This document shows, one piece after another, positions 1 through 10,029 of a stretch of DNA of 64,000 nt; the first letter of the stretch is position 1, and the number at the start of each line of letters is the position of its first letter. Made by a program: the position numbers and the translations under genes. The stretch lies in sequence record SRR20825019_1681; one strand, 5' to 3'. A model generated the notes under the pieces. The model did no database searches. It worked only from the letters and a program-made list of their open reading frames with translations, and was not told the DNA's origin.

Positions 1-61
1 ATCCTAAAATAATCGGTTTAATAATTATTTGCTAATCTAATAGCGGAGCCGAAGACAACCT

Positions 62-640
62 TTAATACGCCAACAAATACTTATAATAACCGAAAAACTC
101 CCGTATACACGAATATGCATCGGCTGTTTCTGAATACGTTGAATGAACCCCGATTACCTTCTTTACTCCAACTTGTCGAAAGGCTAATTTTGCGCGAGTG
201 ACGTGATAATATTGTGTAACGACCATTGCCGTTGTTCTTTTCGGATAGGCTTTTCTGAAATGCTCCGCACTCAATCGCGTGTTGTTTCCTTCGTCGTCGA
301 CCTTGATTTTCCGCTTTGGAATTCCCTTGCTGATCAAGTATTCCTCCATTCTCGAACCTTCGTAATGTCCTTCCACTCCCAGTCCTCCGGTCACAAAAAA
401 CCGCTTTACTCGACCTTCTTTGTACATGTCAAGTGCTTTGTCTAACCGAGACTGTAATCTTCTGGAAAGTGTGCCGTCAGGGTTTACCGTAGTTCCTAAA
501 ACAACTGCAACGTCTACCGAGCCAGCATCATCGTTTACGCCATCTAAAATAATGACCGTTTCATGAACAACGAACCAAACGAAAAAGAAAAGAAAAAGTC
601 GTCTAAGCCATTTTCTCCGAGGACTTCTTTGTTTAGCCAT
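62..640 (-). CDS. YdcF/SanA-like (DUF218) membrane-anchored protein
   Basis: N-terminal TM, VAVVLG...LQSRLDKA, TGG, NT..SA and VTQYYHVTRA motifs. Start moved to ATG at 640, which overlaps the upstream stop (TAATG). Confidence 0.8.
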   Translation of the reverse strand: MAKQRSPRRKWLRRLFLFFFVWFVVHETVIILDGVNDDAGSVDVAVVLGTTVNPDGTLSRRLQSRLDKALDMYKEGRVKRFFVTGGLGVEGHYEGSRMEEYLISKGIPKRKIKVDDEGNNTRLSAEHFRKAYPKRTTAMVVTQYYHVTRAKLAFRQVGVKKVIGVHSTYSETADAYSCIREFFGYYKYLLAY

Positions 641-2346
641 TAAAACTTGAACGTTACCCCGCCCAACACTTGAAAGCTTTGAACAGGTGTGTTGTACCAA
701 CGCATGTATCGTTGTGACGCAATGTTATTGAATTGCACAAAAGCAGAAATTCGATTGTTGTAACGGTATTCAGCGCTTAAGTTAACATCCGTAATGAAGT
801 TCAACGTTTTTATATATTGATTGTCTTCTAATACTACATCTTCTCCAGGGCCATAAACGAGCGCACGTCTTCCTTGCTCAACATCCAAATCTGCAGTGAA
901 AATAAACTTGTCAAACAAGTTATAGCTTCCTCTCAAAATCACCTGAAGATTCGGGCGATTCCATGCATAACTGTTATTCAACAAGCTATATGAGTTGAAC
1001 TTCGCAATTGCGTCCACTTTCAATTTCTCTTTCAATTGGTAGGAAATCGATCCATCAATGGTCGTCACCGTTGCGGTATCAAAAATGACATTGAATTTAT
1101 TCCCCAACGAATACGTTGTATCAGTAACAAATAATGCCAAGTTCTTCACGCGAGCAAAACTGATTCCTGCATTAAAGCTAATGCGTTTGCTGAGTGTTCC
1201 TTTAATTCCACCATAAAAATCGATGGCTTTGTTCTCGTTTAACATACTCACATTTGACAATAAAAACTCATTTTGTCCCGTCAGCGATTTAAACGTAGTT
1301 TGCTTCATTTCTCCTCTCAATCCAACATAAGGAATGAAAATATCGTTGAACAAACTGTACTTCAATTCTGCGATTGGATAAATGTGTGCGCTACTTTTGT
1401 CGTGAACGTTCACTACTAAATCTACCCCAACCTTCGCCTTAAAACGATTGTTTTTGAGCTGCGTAGTAATTGTTGGGCGTAAATTAATAATCGTATTGTT
1501 GAGCATAATTCCAGTATCCAATGGATTTGTATAACTAGAATCTAGCACTCCATATTTGTATCCGTTGTAACGAATATTGAAATCCGCGGCGTACACTTCT
1601 TTCCCAAGACGGTACCACGCTCCAGTTTTAAAAGCAAAGTAATTTTCTTGTGCTCTCCAATCTGCTCGATCTTCATCCAACGGTTTGCGTGATGCGTAGT
1701 TGTTGTAATCGATTCCGATTTTAAAATTCACGTTTGCACTGTCTTTCTTGTGTGAACTAAAGAATCCTCCGAAACCAACATCGTTGTAGCGTTGCGCAAT
1801 GCTGTCTCTTGTTAAACCAAGAGTGTCCGAAATACCATAATAATGTAGACCTTGACTTCCGAAATGGAAATCTCCTCCCACGGTGTAGCGTTTCTCGTTG
1901 ATTCCGCCGTACAAGTCCAACTTTGTTCTGTCAAATTGAGCAGGTGCAAAATCAGGAAGGTTTCCAAAAGAACTTAGGTGTTTTAGATGTGCACCATACA
2001 CGAATTTACGTGAACGTTTGGCATCAAAATACACCTCTCCAAGCGGCATTAGTTCCGTTCCAATTCCGAGCTTTACGTAGTTGTTATACAACTGTGATAA
2101 ATTCTCCGTTGTTTTAATCGACGCGGGATTGATTCGTTCTAACTCCGTTTTCGTCTCATATTTCAACGGAAGCAGCGGATATTCCACCAAAGGCGTTGGG
2201 ATAAGCGTGTCTATAATTTGTGGGCTTCCCGCTATTCGGTAGGATGCTTCAACAGGTCGTTCACCCTCCACAACAATAATTACACCCGGTTGTCCATAAA
2301 CTACTGCGGACAAGGAAATTGCTAAAAATGTCAATAACTGTTTCAT
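640..2346 (-). CDS. Outer-membrane beta-barrel protein (often annotated TonB-dependent-receptor-like)
   Basis: Signal peptide MKQLLTFLAISLSAVVYG|Q, amphipathic beta strands, C-terminal GVTFKF. Start placed at ATG 2346. Confidence 0.7.
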   Translation of the reverse strand: MKQLLTFLAISLSAVVYGQPGVIIVVEGERPVEASYRIAGSPQIIDTLIPTPLVEYPLLPLKYETKTELERINPASIKTTENLSQLYNNYVKLGIGTELMPLGEVYFDAKRSRKFVYGAHLKHLSSFGNLPDFAPAQFDRTKLDLYGGINEKRYTVGGDFHFGSQGLHYYGISDTLGLTRDSIAQRYNDVGFGGFFSSHKKDSANVNFKIGIDYNNYASRKPLDEDRADWRAQENYFAFKTGAWYRLGKEVYAADFNIRYNGYKYGVLDSSYTNPLDTGIMLNNTIINLRPTITTQLKNNRFKAKVGVDLVVNVHDKSSAHIYPIAELKYSLFNDIFIPYVGLRGEMKQTTFKSLTGQNEFLLSNVSMLNENKAIDFYGGIKGTLSKRISFNAGISFARVKNLALFVTDTTYSLGNKFNVIFDTATVTTIDGSISYQLKEKLKVDAIAKFNSYSLLNNSYAWNRPNLQVILRGSYNLFDKFIFTADLDVEQGRRALVYGPGEDVVLEDNQYIKTLNFITDVNLSAEYRYNNRISAFVQFNNIASQRYMRWYNTPVQSFQVLGGVTFKF

Positions 2347-2347
2347 C

Positions 2348-5300
2348 TTATTGTCCGTTAATGTTAATGATAGGATTTGTTGGAGGAGTGATATTCTTTG
2401 GTGCATCTTTCAACTGCATCAACTCATTCCAAAGCGCATCTGCTTCGGTTAGAATACCATCATCGGGAACTTTGTAATGCTCTCTAACTGATTTCAACGT
2501 TTGTTCGGCATCAAACAAGCGGTCTTGAGCAATATATGCTCTTGTTCTTAAAATCAAGCCTTTTGCAATCCAGTAATTATTTGCTGGTTTTCTTTTTAGC
2601 AAAGCAGTGATTTCACTCTCCGTTTTCACGTAATCCATTTGATTGTAATAAATCTCCGCAATCGTATATTTTGCTTCTGCTCCTCTTGAAGTAGTGTTGT
2701 TTTTATCCAACCATTCGAGTGCTGGTAGCGCCTTTAAGTAATCCTTCAAGTAGAAATTCCCCATTCCTTGAGCGTAATATGCTTCTACTTTCAGATCAGA
2801 ATTTACCTGAGAGCTACTTAACACTTTTCCTGCGTACATACTTGAATTCGTCCAGTTTTCTACAAGGAAATAACTTCTCATTAATCCAACTCGGGAATTG
2901 AAGATGACTTCCGCAGTAGAACTAATTTCTTCTAGCTTCTTGTAGTACTTAATCGCGTTATCGTATTCTCCTTTGTTAAACGAATACTTAGACGCGCGTT
3001 CTGCTGCCAATTCTGTAAACGTATTATTTGGCCCATCGAGTACTTCAGCATAAATCATCATTGCCTTGTCAACGTTTCCTAAACGGAACTCCGCATCGGC
3101 GATGTAATTCTTCGATTCGTTTTCATAGCGACCAGTTGGAAATTTTTCAAGGTATTTTTCAAAACGACTAATGGCATCTGGAAGACGGATTTTTTCCGAT
3201 TTTGTGCTGTCGTTATAGGCTTCAAGTGCTGGCCCAAAATAAAGGTTCTCCTGCTCTGAAGGATCAATTTGTACGCAGGCATACTGAGATGCTAACTGCT
3301 CTATCTTTTCTGGTTTTCCATTAATGGTGTACAAATCTATCAGTCCTTGAGCGGCTAACTTGCACACTTCTTGGTCTGATCCACTTTCGGTGAGAATTGC
3401 CTTGTATTCCTCCTCGGCTTTTGCCATGTTTCCTTGCTTCCCGTAGATGTCCGCAAGACTCAATCGCGCATCTACCACCAACGACGATGATGGATAATCC
3501 GAAACGATTATTTTGAAATATTTCATTGCCTGATTGAATCTTCCATCCGATTTGTAACTCAACGCTACTTCGTAAACCGATTCTTGAACGTAAGGTGACT
3601 GCTTGTAATTGTTAATGATATCCAGCAAGTTCGAAATCTTATCGTCCAGTCTCCCGTTCATAAGTCCGTACGTTTTCGCCATATAGAACAATGCGCGGTC
3701 TTCGTAGCCTTCATTCATACTGATGGCGTTCTTGTAAAATTCTACTGCTAACTCATTTTGTTTTGTACTATAGTAGGAATCCGCTAAACGCATAAAAGCA
3801 TCTGCCTTCTTTTGACCCTTAGCATCCGCTGATTGCGTATAACTTCTGAATGCATCAATTGCTTTAGAAAGGTCCTTCTTTTCCAAGTATGAATAACCGA
3901 TGTTGTAATTCGCCAGTGCTTTGAGCTCTGGTGATTGTGATGGAGAAGCAATGAAAGATTTATATCCATTTATTGCTTCATCAAACTTTTTCAAACGGTA
4001 ATTTGCATCCGCTGTCCAATACACTGCCTTTCCTGAAATAGAAGGATCAATCGGATATTTTTCTACCAACTTGAACGAAGAAATTGCTCCTGGATAGTCT
4101 GATTTCTGGAAGCGTCCTACCCCTTGGTTAAACGAAATCAATTGATAAGCCGCCTTGAGCTTAATGTCTTTGTTTGGCAATTTATCCAAAGATGCCAACG
4201 CTTTCTCATAGTTATTTGTGCTTGTATAAACATTTACCAAGTACTGATAAACATCTTCGCGGCGTTCAGAATTTGGATACGCATTCAAGTATTGTTCGAA
4301 AGCTTCAACAGCCTCGTCATACGGGTTAATATCTAGTTTATAAGACAAGATCGCGAAATTGTACAAGGCGTCTTCTCTCACAATTTCATTTGCATCGATG
4401 CGGGAAGCTTGCTCAAATGCAGAACGAGCCAACACCTTATTTTCTAGTTTCAGTTGACATTCGCCAATGTGGTAAAACGCCACTTGTGCAAGACTATCTT
4501 CTTCGTCGGTAACGTTATCAAACATTCGGATTGCTTTGTCGTATTTTCCACTTTGATAATACGCATATCCCAAGCTGTAATCTTCATCGCGCGTGGTTTT
4601 GCTCGATTTGTTGTACTGTTCCAAATAAGGAACTGCTTCCTCAAACTTTCCGATACGATAGTAAGCATCCCCAATAAGATGGTTCATGTCATTTTCATTC
4701 ACCACATTTCCTTCTACAGTTACGCGGGTTGCGTATTGGGTCACCAACTCGTATTTTCCTTGGAGATAATAAATTTGTGCAATGTAATAAGCAACGACGT
4801 TCCCAAATTTTTCATCGTCTTCTAACTTTAAAAATCCTTCCAAAGCCGTTTCATACTTTTCGTTTTGATAAGCGATGTGCGAATAATAGTACAAGCTTGG
4901 CTTCGCGTACTGAGTTGTTCCATTTTTTGCTTCATAGAACGCATCTCGTGCTGTTTCTAATCGGTCCAACTTAAAGTTTGAGTAACCTACTTTGAAATAA
5001 AACTCTTCTCTCTCATCTTCTTCAACATCTTGTGAACTAAGTTGATCGAACCAAACAAGGGCATCTTCGTAATCCTTTTTATAATAGTAGAACTTTCCTA
5101 AACGGAAATAGATGTCCTTTCTATAAATACTCTCCGGGTAATCTTTATTAAACTGTTCTAATAAACCAACTGCATCATTGTTATAGAGTTCCAATGCAGA
5201 AATAGCCTCATAATAGGACGCTTTCAAATACATTGGATCTTCTGGAAATCTGTGTTTCTCTCTGAACTTTCTGAACTCCATGCGCGCTGCTCCGTACTGC

Positions 5301-5422
5301 TCCTTTTGGAACAATTCTTCAGCACGGTAATAATCGACGTAATCGCTATTGTACTTTTCTGACGTTTGTGCGAAAACAATCAGGTGCGACATAAAAGCGA
5401 TGGTTAGAAAAATTCTAGTCAT
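2348..5422 (-). CDS. Large periplasmic tetratricopeptide-repeat protein
   Basis: Signal peptide, then ~1000 aa of TPR-like helical repeats (AYY..G..Y...A...F pattern). Confidence 0.9.
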   Translation of the reverse strand: MTRIFLTIAFMSHLIVFAQTSEKYNSDYVDYYRAEELFQKEQYGAARMEFRKFREKHRFPEDPMYLKASYYEAISALELYNNDAVGLLEQFNKDYPESIYRKDIYFRLGKFYYYKKDYEDALVWFDQLSSQDVEEDEREEFYFKVGYSNFKLDRLETARDAFYEAKNGTTQYAKPSLYYYSHIAYQNEKYETALEGFLKLEDDEKFGNVVAYYIAQIYYLQGKYELVTQYATRVTVEGNVVNENDMNHLIGDAYYRIGKFEEAVPYLEQYNKSSKTTRDEDYSLGYAYYQSGKYDKAIRMFDNVTDEEDSLAQVAFYHIGECQLKLENKVLARSAFEQASRIDANEIVREDALYNFAILSYKLDINPYDEAVEAFEQYLNAYPNSERREDVYQYLVNVYTSTNNYEKALASLDKLPNKDIKLKAAYQLISFNQGVGRFQKSDYPGAISSFKLVEKYPIDPSISGKAVYWTADANYRLKKFDEAINGYKSFIASPSQSPELKALANYNIGYSYLEKKDLSKAIDAFRSYTQSADAKGQKKADAFMRLADSYYSTKQNELAVEFYKNAISMNEGYEDRALFYMAKTYGLMNGRLDDKISNLLDIINNYKQSPYVQESVYEVALSYKSDGRFNQAMKYFKIIVSDYPSSSLVVDARLSLADIYGKQGNMAKAEEEYKAILTESGSDQEVCKLAAQGLIDLYTINGKPEKIEQLASQYACVQIDPSEQENLYFGPALEAYNDSTKSEKIRLPDAISRFEKYLEKFPTGRYENESKNYIADAEFRLGNVDKAMMIYAEVLDGPNNTFTELAAERASKYSFNKGEYDNAIKYYKKLEEISSTAEVIFNSRVGLMRSYFLVENWTNSSMYAGKVLSSSQVNSDLKVEAYYAQGMGNFYLKDYLKALPALEWLDKNNTTSRGAEAKYTIAEIYYNQMDYVKTESEITALLKRKPANNYWIAKGLILRTRAYIAQDRLFDAEQTLKSVREHYKVPDDGILTEADALWNELMQLKDAPKNITPPTNPIININGQ

Positions 5423-5572
5423 GGATTTGCTGCTATATTAAGATTAAGTAAAATTACTCCACTTAATCAGGGGTTTGGAGAGACGCTACTAAAGTTTTAA
5501 ACGAAATTCTGTTAAGATTATTTTCATCGTTTTAAAAATGGCCTGAACGAATTCACCACCTTTACATAGACT

Positions 5573-6286
5573 ATGAGCAATGTGATCGAAATTAAGTCTG
5601 GTGAAATTCGTCAGAAAGGTATTACTGTATTATCGGATGTGAACGTTGCTATCAGCGATGATGACTTCGTTTATTTGATTGGAAAAACAGGGAGCGGAAA
5701 GAGTAGCCTGCTTAAAACCATTTATGGTGAACTCCCTTTAAGCAACGGAACTGGCTCAATTGCGGGCTTCGATTTAAACAAACTGCGCAAAAAAGAAGTT
5801 CCTAAACTCCGCCGAAATTTGGGAATTGTTTTCCAAGATTTCCAGTTACTTACTGATCGATCTGTACTCAAGAACCTGATGTTTGTGATGGGTGCGTGTG
5901 GCTGGAAAGATAAAAACTTGATGGTTTCTCGTGCAAAAGAGGTCCTTCAATTGGTTGGTTTAGCTGATAAATTGAACTCTATGCCTTTTGCTTTGTCCGG
6001 TGGAGAGCAACAACGCGTATCAATTGCGAGAGCACTTTTAAATAAACCGAAGTTGATTCTAGCCGATGAGCCTACGGGAAACCTAGATCCCGAAACTTCT
6101 GGTGAAATTATGGAACTCTTAATTGCCATCGCTAAAGAAGAACGAGCGGCAGTTCTTATGGCTACGCACGACATGTCTATGATAGAAAAATACCCTGGTC
6201 GCATTCTTAAAGTTGAAAACAGTACAGTACGCGAAATAAATACAATCAATCAGTTTGACCCTTTTACACAATTTACTGCTGAATAA
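5573..6286 (+). CDS. ftsE: FtsE-like ABC ATP-binding protein
   Basis: Walker A GKTGSGKS, VFQDFQLL, LSGGEQQRV, ILADEPTGNLDP. No ftsX adjacent. Confidence 0.75.
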   Translation: MSNVIEIKSGEIRQKGITVLSDVNVAISDDDFVYLIGKTGSGKSSLLKTIYGELPLSNGTGSIAGFDLNKLRKKEVPKLRRNLGIVFQDFQLLTDRSVLKNLMFVMGACGWKDKNLMVSRAKEVLQLVGLADKLNSMPFALSGGEQQRVSIARALLNKPKLILADEPTGNLDPETSGEIMELLIAIAKEERAAVLMATHDMSMIEKYPGRILKVENSTVREINTINQFDPFTQFTAE

Positions 6287-6301
6287 CTCCCTCCCTAATT
6301 C

Positions 6302-6958
6302 ATGAAATACAACCTCCCTAATCAAGAAAAAAGCCTTTTCATCACCTTTGAAAGTGGCTATGAAAATGTGAAAGTTTACTTTGAAGGTGCCCTGCTCGGA
6401 AAAGTTGAAAGTTCTGACGAATTAGTAGATGGCGTTACCATTCCTGATTCACCCGTAGGAACTATCGATCTTCGCTTTCCAACAGGAAGACGTTCGTTGG
6501 AAGTTCGTGTGGATGAATTGCTTTGCACACCTGAAGTCAGCGCACAGGACATGGAAGAATTGCGGTCATTTGACAGATACTTTTGGGGATTAGCTATTTT
6601 AGGGCTTGCTGGAACAGTGATTCAATTTAATGTATTACGTCCCTATTTGTCTTTTCCTGCTATTCAGATCCAGTTGACGATTAGTGCATTAGCCGTTGTG
6701 TGTTATATAATTGCAGCTATTTTAACTCGACAAGGAAAGGCTTGGGCGTATTTATTGGGTACGATCGTGTTTACGTTTATGACGCTCTATTATATTCTGT
6801 CTGTTCACCTTTTGGGATGGCAAATGGGGGATATTGTTACGGTAATCGTTCGATTGGCAATTCTCGCACTACTCTACTATAAAATGTCGAGCGTGTTCAA
6901 GTATTTCAAGAAGACCAATGATCTTTCTTCTAAGCATACGTTACTAGACGATTTTTAG
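6302..6958 (+). CDS. Hypothetical membrane protein
   Basis: 218-aa ORF with a soluble N-terminal half and about 4 hydrophobic helices. Confidence 0.65.
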   Translation: MKYNLPNQEKSLFITFESGYENVKVYFEGALLGKVESSDELVDGVTIPDSPVGTIDLRFPTGRRSLEVRVDELLCTPEVSAQDMEELRSFDRYFWGLAILGLAGTVIQFNVLRPYLSFPAIQIQLTISALAVVCYIIAAILTRQGKAWAYLLGTIVFTFMTLYYILSVHLLGWQMGDIVTVIVRLAILALLYYKMSSVFKYFKKTNDLSSKHTLLDDF

Positions 6959-6970
6959 ACCTAAACAACT

Positions 6971-8044
6971 CTATTTCTTCTCGAATTTAACTTCGTAAAG
7001 AGCGTTCCAGTTTTTTCCTGTCATATAGATTTTTCCGTTGTTGTGGGCAATGCCGTTCAACACTTCTCCGTTTCCTCTTCCAACTTTTACAAGTTCGGTA
7101 GCATCAATTTTCTTAACCACTTTTCCCGAAGCAGGATCAATCGCTACAACAAAATTCAGTGTCCATACATTCGCGTAAATTAATCCATCGATGTACTCAA
7201 GCTCATTCAACCTAGGCATTGGACCGAGATTGTCGTACACCTCAATAGTTCGTTCTATTTCAAATGTTTTCGGATTTCTAAACGTCAATCGCTCCGAACC
7301 ATCAGACATTATAATAGACTTGCCGTCGTTGCACAATCCCCAACCTTCGGTTTTATAGGTAAACTCGCGCTTAATGACATTCTCACCTAAAGAATTTACG
7401 TCGTACACAAAGCATACTCCATTTTGCCACGTCAGCTGAAATAGTTCATCGTTTAGAATGGTGATTCCCTCTCCGAAATAGGTTGCATCCAACCCAACAC
7501 TCTGAATATGTTTACCAGAAGTCAAATCGACCTCAGCAACAACTGTGCTTCCACGTTGTCCGGGATCTCCTGTTCCTTCGTAGAGTTTTCCTTTATAAAA
7601 TTCCAATCCTTGTGTGAAGCTTGTAGAAATGTGAGGAAATGGTTGTGTTACAACTGCTTCATAGTTTTCAGGAGTAATGTCCGACAATATGCGAAGCATT
7701 CTACGATCTACCATAAACGTTCCATCCGAAAGCGTTGCGCGCAGGTTGAAGGATTTCGCACCAAGTCCGCGAGCCCCACCGTCAAATTTAAAAGATACAA
7801 TTCCTGTTGGATTCTTCCAAGATTCAATTACCTCGTCATTACAAATCACTTCTAGAAGTACTACCTGGTCACATTTTACCTCCGCTTTAACTTCAATCAC
7901 CTGGTTAATTGGACATGCAAGATTTCCATTAAAAGTAAAAACAGCGGCATCACCTTCGCAACCATTGTCTTTGTTTAACATGGGAACAATGAGTATTGCT
8001 CCTCCAACGAGAACGATTAGTCCAATGATTATCAACTTCTTCAT
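6971..8044 (-). CDS. Glutaminyl-peptide cyclotransferase (plant-type beta-propeller QC), membrane-anchored
   Basis: FTQGL, YFGEGIT, QLTWQ, EGWGL, SDGS, LNELE, ANVW, VLNGIA and TGKNW motifs; N-terminal TM. Confidence 0.92.
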   Translation of the reverse strand: MKKLIIIGLIVLVGGAILIVPMLNKDNGCEGDAAVFTFNGNLACPINQVIEVKAEVKCDQVVLLEVICNDEVIESWKNPTGIVSFKFDGGARGLGAKSFNLRATLSDGTFMVDRRMLRILSDITPENYEAVVTQPFPHISTSFTQGLEFYKGKLYEGTGDPGQRGSTVVAEVDLTSGKHIQSVGLDATYFGEGITILNDELFQLTWQNGVCFVYDVNSLGENVIKREFTYKTEGWGLCNDGKSIIMSDGSERLTFRNPKTFEIERTIEVYDNLGPMPRLNELEYIDGLIYANVWTLNFVVAIDPASGKVVKKIDATELVKVGRGNGEVLNGIAHNNGKIYMTGKNWNALYEVKFEKK

Positions 8045-8045
8045 C

Positions 8046-8417
8046 TTACTTGATCAGCTTTAAAATTTGTCTTCCGTCTATGCCAGAATGAGAAGCAGAA
8101 TAAACAACTTCTTTGTTTTTAATCACAATTGCTTGTGGTGATTGATGTGTTACACCAGTAATTTTCTCAATTTCATTCGACAGGTCGCGGTAACGTAAAA
8201 GGTCCAAAAAGTAAAGTGTTATATCTTCTTCTGTTCCTTCCCACCTTCCTTCAAAGCCACTTAAGGCCATCGTAGAAATACTACAACGCGTGCTATGTTT
8301 AAAAAAAAGCACTGGTTTTTCACTAGATTCCTCTATTGCATTGAGCAATTGCTCTTCAGAGGTGAGTTGCACCCAGTTCACTTTCGCAGTCGTATCACTT
8401 TTTGAAAACCATCCCAT
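8046..8417 (-). CDS. ytxJ: Bacillithiol-system redox-active thioredoxin-like protein, YtxJ family
   Basis: FKHSTRCSIS and HQSPQ motifs. Confidence 0.88.
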   Translation of the reverse strand: MGWFSKSDTTAKVNWVQLTSEEQLLNAIEESSEKPVLFFKHSTRCSISTMALSGFEGRWEGTEEDITLYFLDLLRYRDLSNEIEKITGVTHQSPQAIVIKNKEVVYSASHSGIDGRQILKLIK

Positions 8418-8418
8418 A

Positions 8419-9441
8419 TTACATTCCTGAGGTAAATTGTTTTAGAAAACGAACATCATTCTCCGAGTACAAACGTAAATCGTTCACTCTATATTTTAAC
8501 TGCGCGATTCTTTCCACACCCATTCCGAATGCAAATCCAGAATATACTTTACTATCAATATTGCATGCTTCCAACACATTTGGGTCTACCATTCCGCAGC
8601 CCAAAATTTCTAACCAGCCAGTGTATTTACATACATTGCATCCTTTACTATTGCAAATTGTACAAGAAACATCTACTTCAGCACTCGGTTCTGTAAATGG
8701 AAAATAAGATGGTCTAAGTCTGATTTGAGCTTTTTCGCCAAACATTTCTTTTGCAAAATAAAGCAAGGTTTGTTTCAAATCCGCGAAAGACACGTCCTTA
8801 TCTATATATAGTCCTTCTACTTGGTGAAAAAAGCAATGCGCTCTGGCAGAAATAGCTTCATTTCTATATACCCTTCCTGGAGAAATCGTTCGAATTGGTG
8901 GTTTTTGGGATTCCATCACTCTCACTTGAACGGACGAAGTATGGGTTCTTAATGCAATTTCTTCTTCTCCTTTTTGGATGAAAAAAGTGTCTTGCATATC
9001 TCTTGCAGGATGCTCTGGTGGAAAATTTAATGCGGAAAAATTGTGCCAATCATCTTCAATTTCTGGTCCTTCAGAAACAACATACCCAATTCTTCCAAAA
9101 ATTTCTATTATTTCACTTCGCACTAAAGAAAGAGGGTGACGAGCTCCAACTTGAATGTCATCACCAGGTCGAGAAAGATCTAATGCATCGTCTTCAGAGG
9201 AAGAAGATTCTAAAACCGACTTCGCTGCCTCATAACGCTCTTGTGCCTGATTGCGTAAGGAGTTCAGACGTTGTCCAACCTCCTTTTTGTGTTCATTTGC
9301 AACGGCTTTTAGGTCAGAGAATAAGTCCTTCACCACATTCTTAGATCCTAGAAAACGGATTCTAAATGTTTCTAAATTTTCCTTCGAAGAGATCACATAA
9401 TTTGCTACTTCTTCCTTTATTGATTCAATTTTTTCGTTCAT
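8419..9441 (-). CDS. pheS: Phenylalanine-tRNA ligase alpha subunit
   Basis: HPARDMQDTF, LRTHTS, FHQVEG, YFPFTEPS and GFAFGMGVER motifs. Confidence 0.98.
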   Translation of the reverse strand: MNEKIESIKEEVANYVISSKENLETFRIRFLGSKNVVKDLFSDLKAVANEHKKEVGQRLNSLRNQAQERYEAAKSVLESSSSEDDALDLSRPGDDIQVGARHPLSLVRSEIIEIFGRIGYVVSEGPEIEDDWHNFSALNFPPEHPARDMQDTFFIQKGEEEIALRTHTSSVQVRVMESQKPPIRTISPGRVYRNEAISARAHCFFHQVEGLYIDKDVSFADLKQTLLYFAKEMFGEKAQIRLRPSYFPFTEPSAEVDVSCTICNSKGCNVCKYTGWLEILGCGMVDPNVLEACNIDSKVYSGFAFGMGVERIAQLKYRVNDLRLYSENDVRFLKQFTSGM

Positions 9442-9608
9442 CTTTTTACTCTACGTCAACCTTTTCACTATTACTTACGTCTTAATTACCGAAACGACCT
9501 GTAACTTTTCGAGGGATTGAATTGTTTTATGTAACAAAAATACCTCGATACGCGTACGAAGGTAAGAATTAAGGGATAAAGTCTTTTTATATTAAATGTT
9601 TTTTAATG

Positions 9609-9616
9609 TATATTTG
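9609..9616 (+). promoter_or_regulatory. Bacteroidota sigma-A -7 element (TATATTTG)
   Basis: Exact TAnnTTTG match 20 nt upstream of the ATG at 9637. Confidence 0.6.
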
Positions 9617-9636
9617 GACACTACAGAAATTAACTT

Positions 9637-10017
9637 ATGACGTTTAGAAAAGCATACGGAGTTCTAATGATTGCCACTTTGGCAATAGGATTCTTGCAGT
9701 CGTGTAAGAACAAAGAACCTTCGGCGATTAAAATATTTGTTCGCTCTGAAAGTAACGAGCTCGTAGAAGGTGCGAAAGTTGTGATTATTGGAGATATTGA
9801 TTCCAATCCAGAGACTTTACCTTATGTGGACACATTGCTTACAAATGCTTCTGGGTTTGCTACATTTAACATGCAAGCATACTATGATGAGGCTGGAGAA
9901 GACAGCGAAATTTCGTATTTTGATATTGTTTCAAAATACAGCACGAAAGTTGCAAATGGATATATTCGCAGTAGAGTGCACACAACTGCAGTAGAAACTG
10001 TATATTTACAAAATTAA
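9637..10017 (+). CDS. Small lipoprotein, beta-sandwich (carboxypeptidase-regulatory/prealbumin-like)
   Basis: Lipobox LQSC, then V.GAKV...T...G.ATF motif; paralog of the next gene. Confidence 0.7.
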   Translation: MTFRKAYGVLMIATLAIGFLQSCKNKEPSAIKIFVRSESNELVEGAKVVIIGDIDSNPETLPYVDTLLTNASGFATFNMQAYYDEAGEDSEISYFDIVSKYSTKVANGYIRSRVHTTAVETVYLQN

Positions 10018-10029
10018 TTTAGATTCGCT

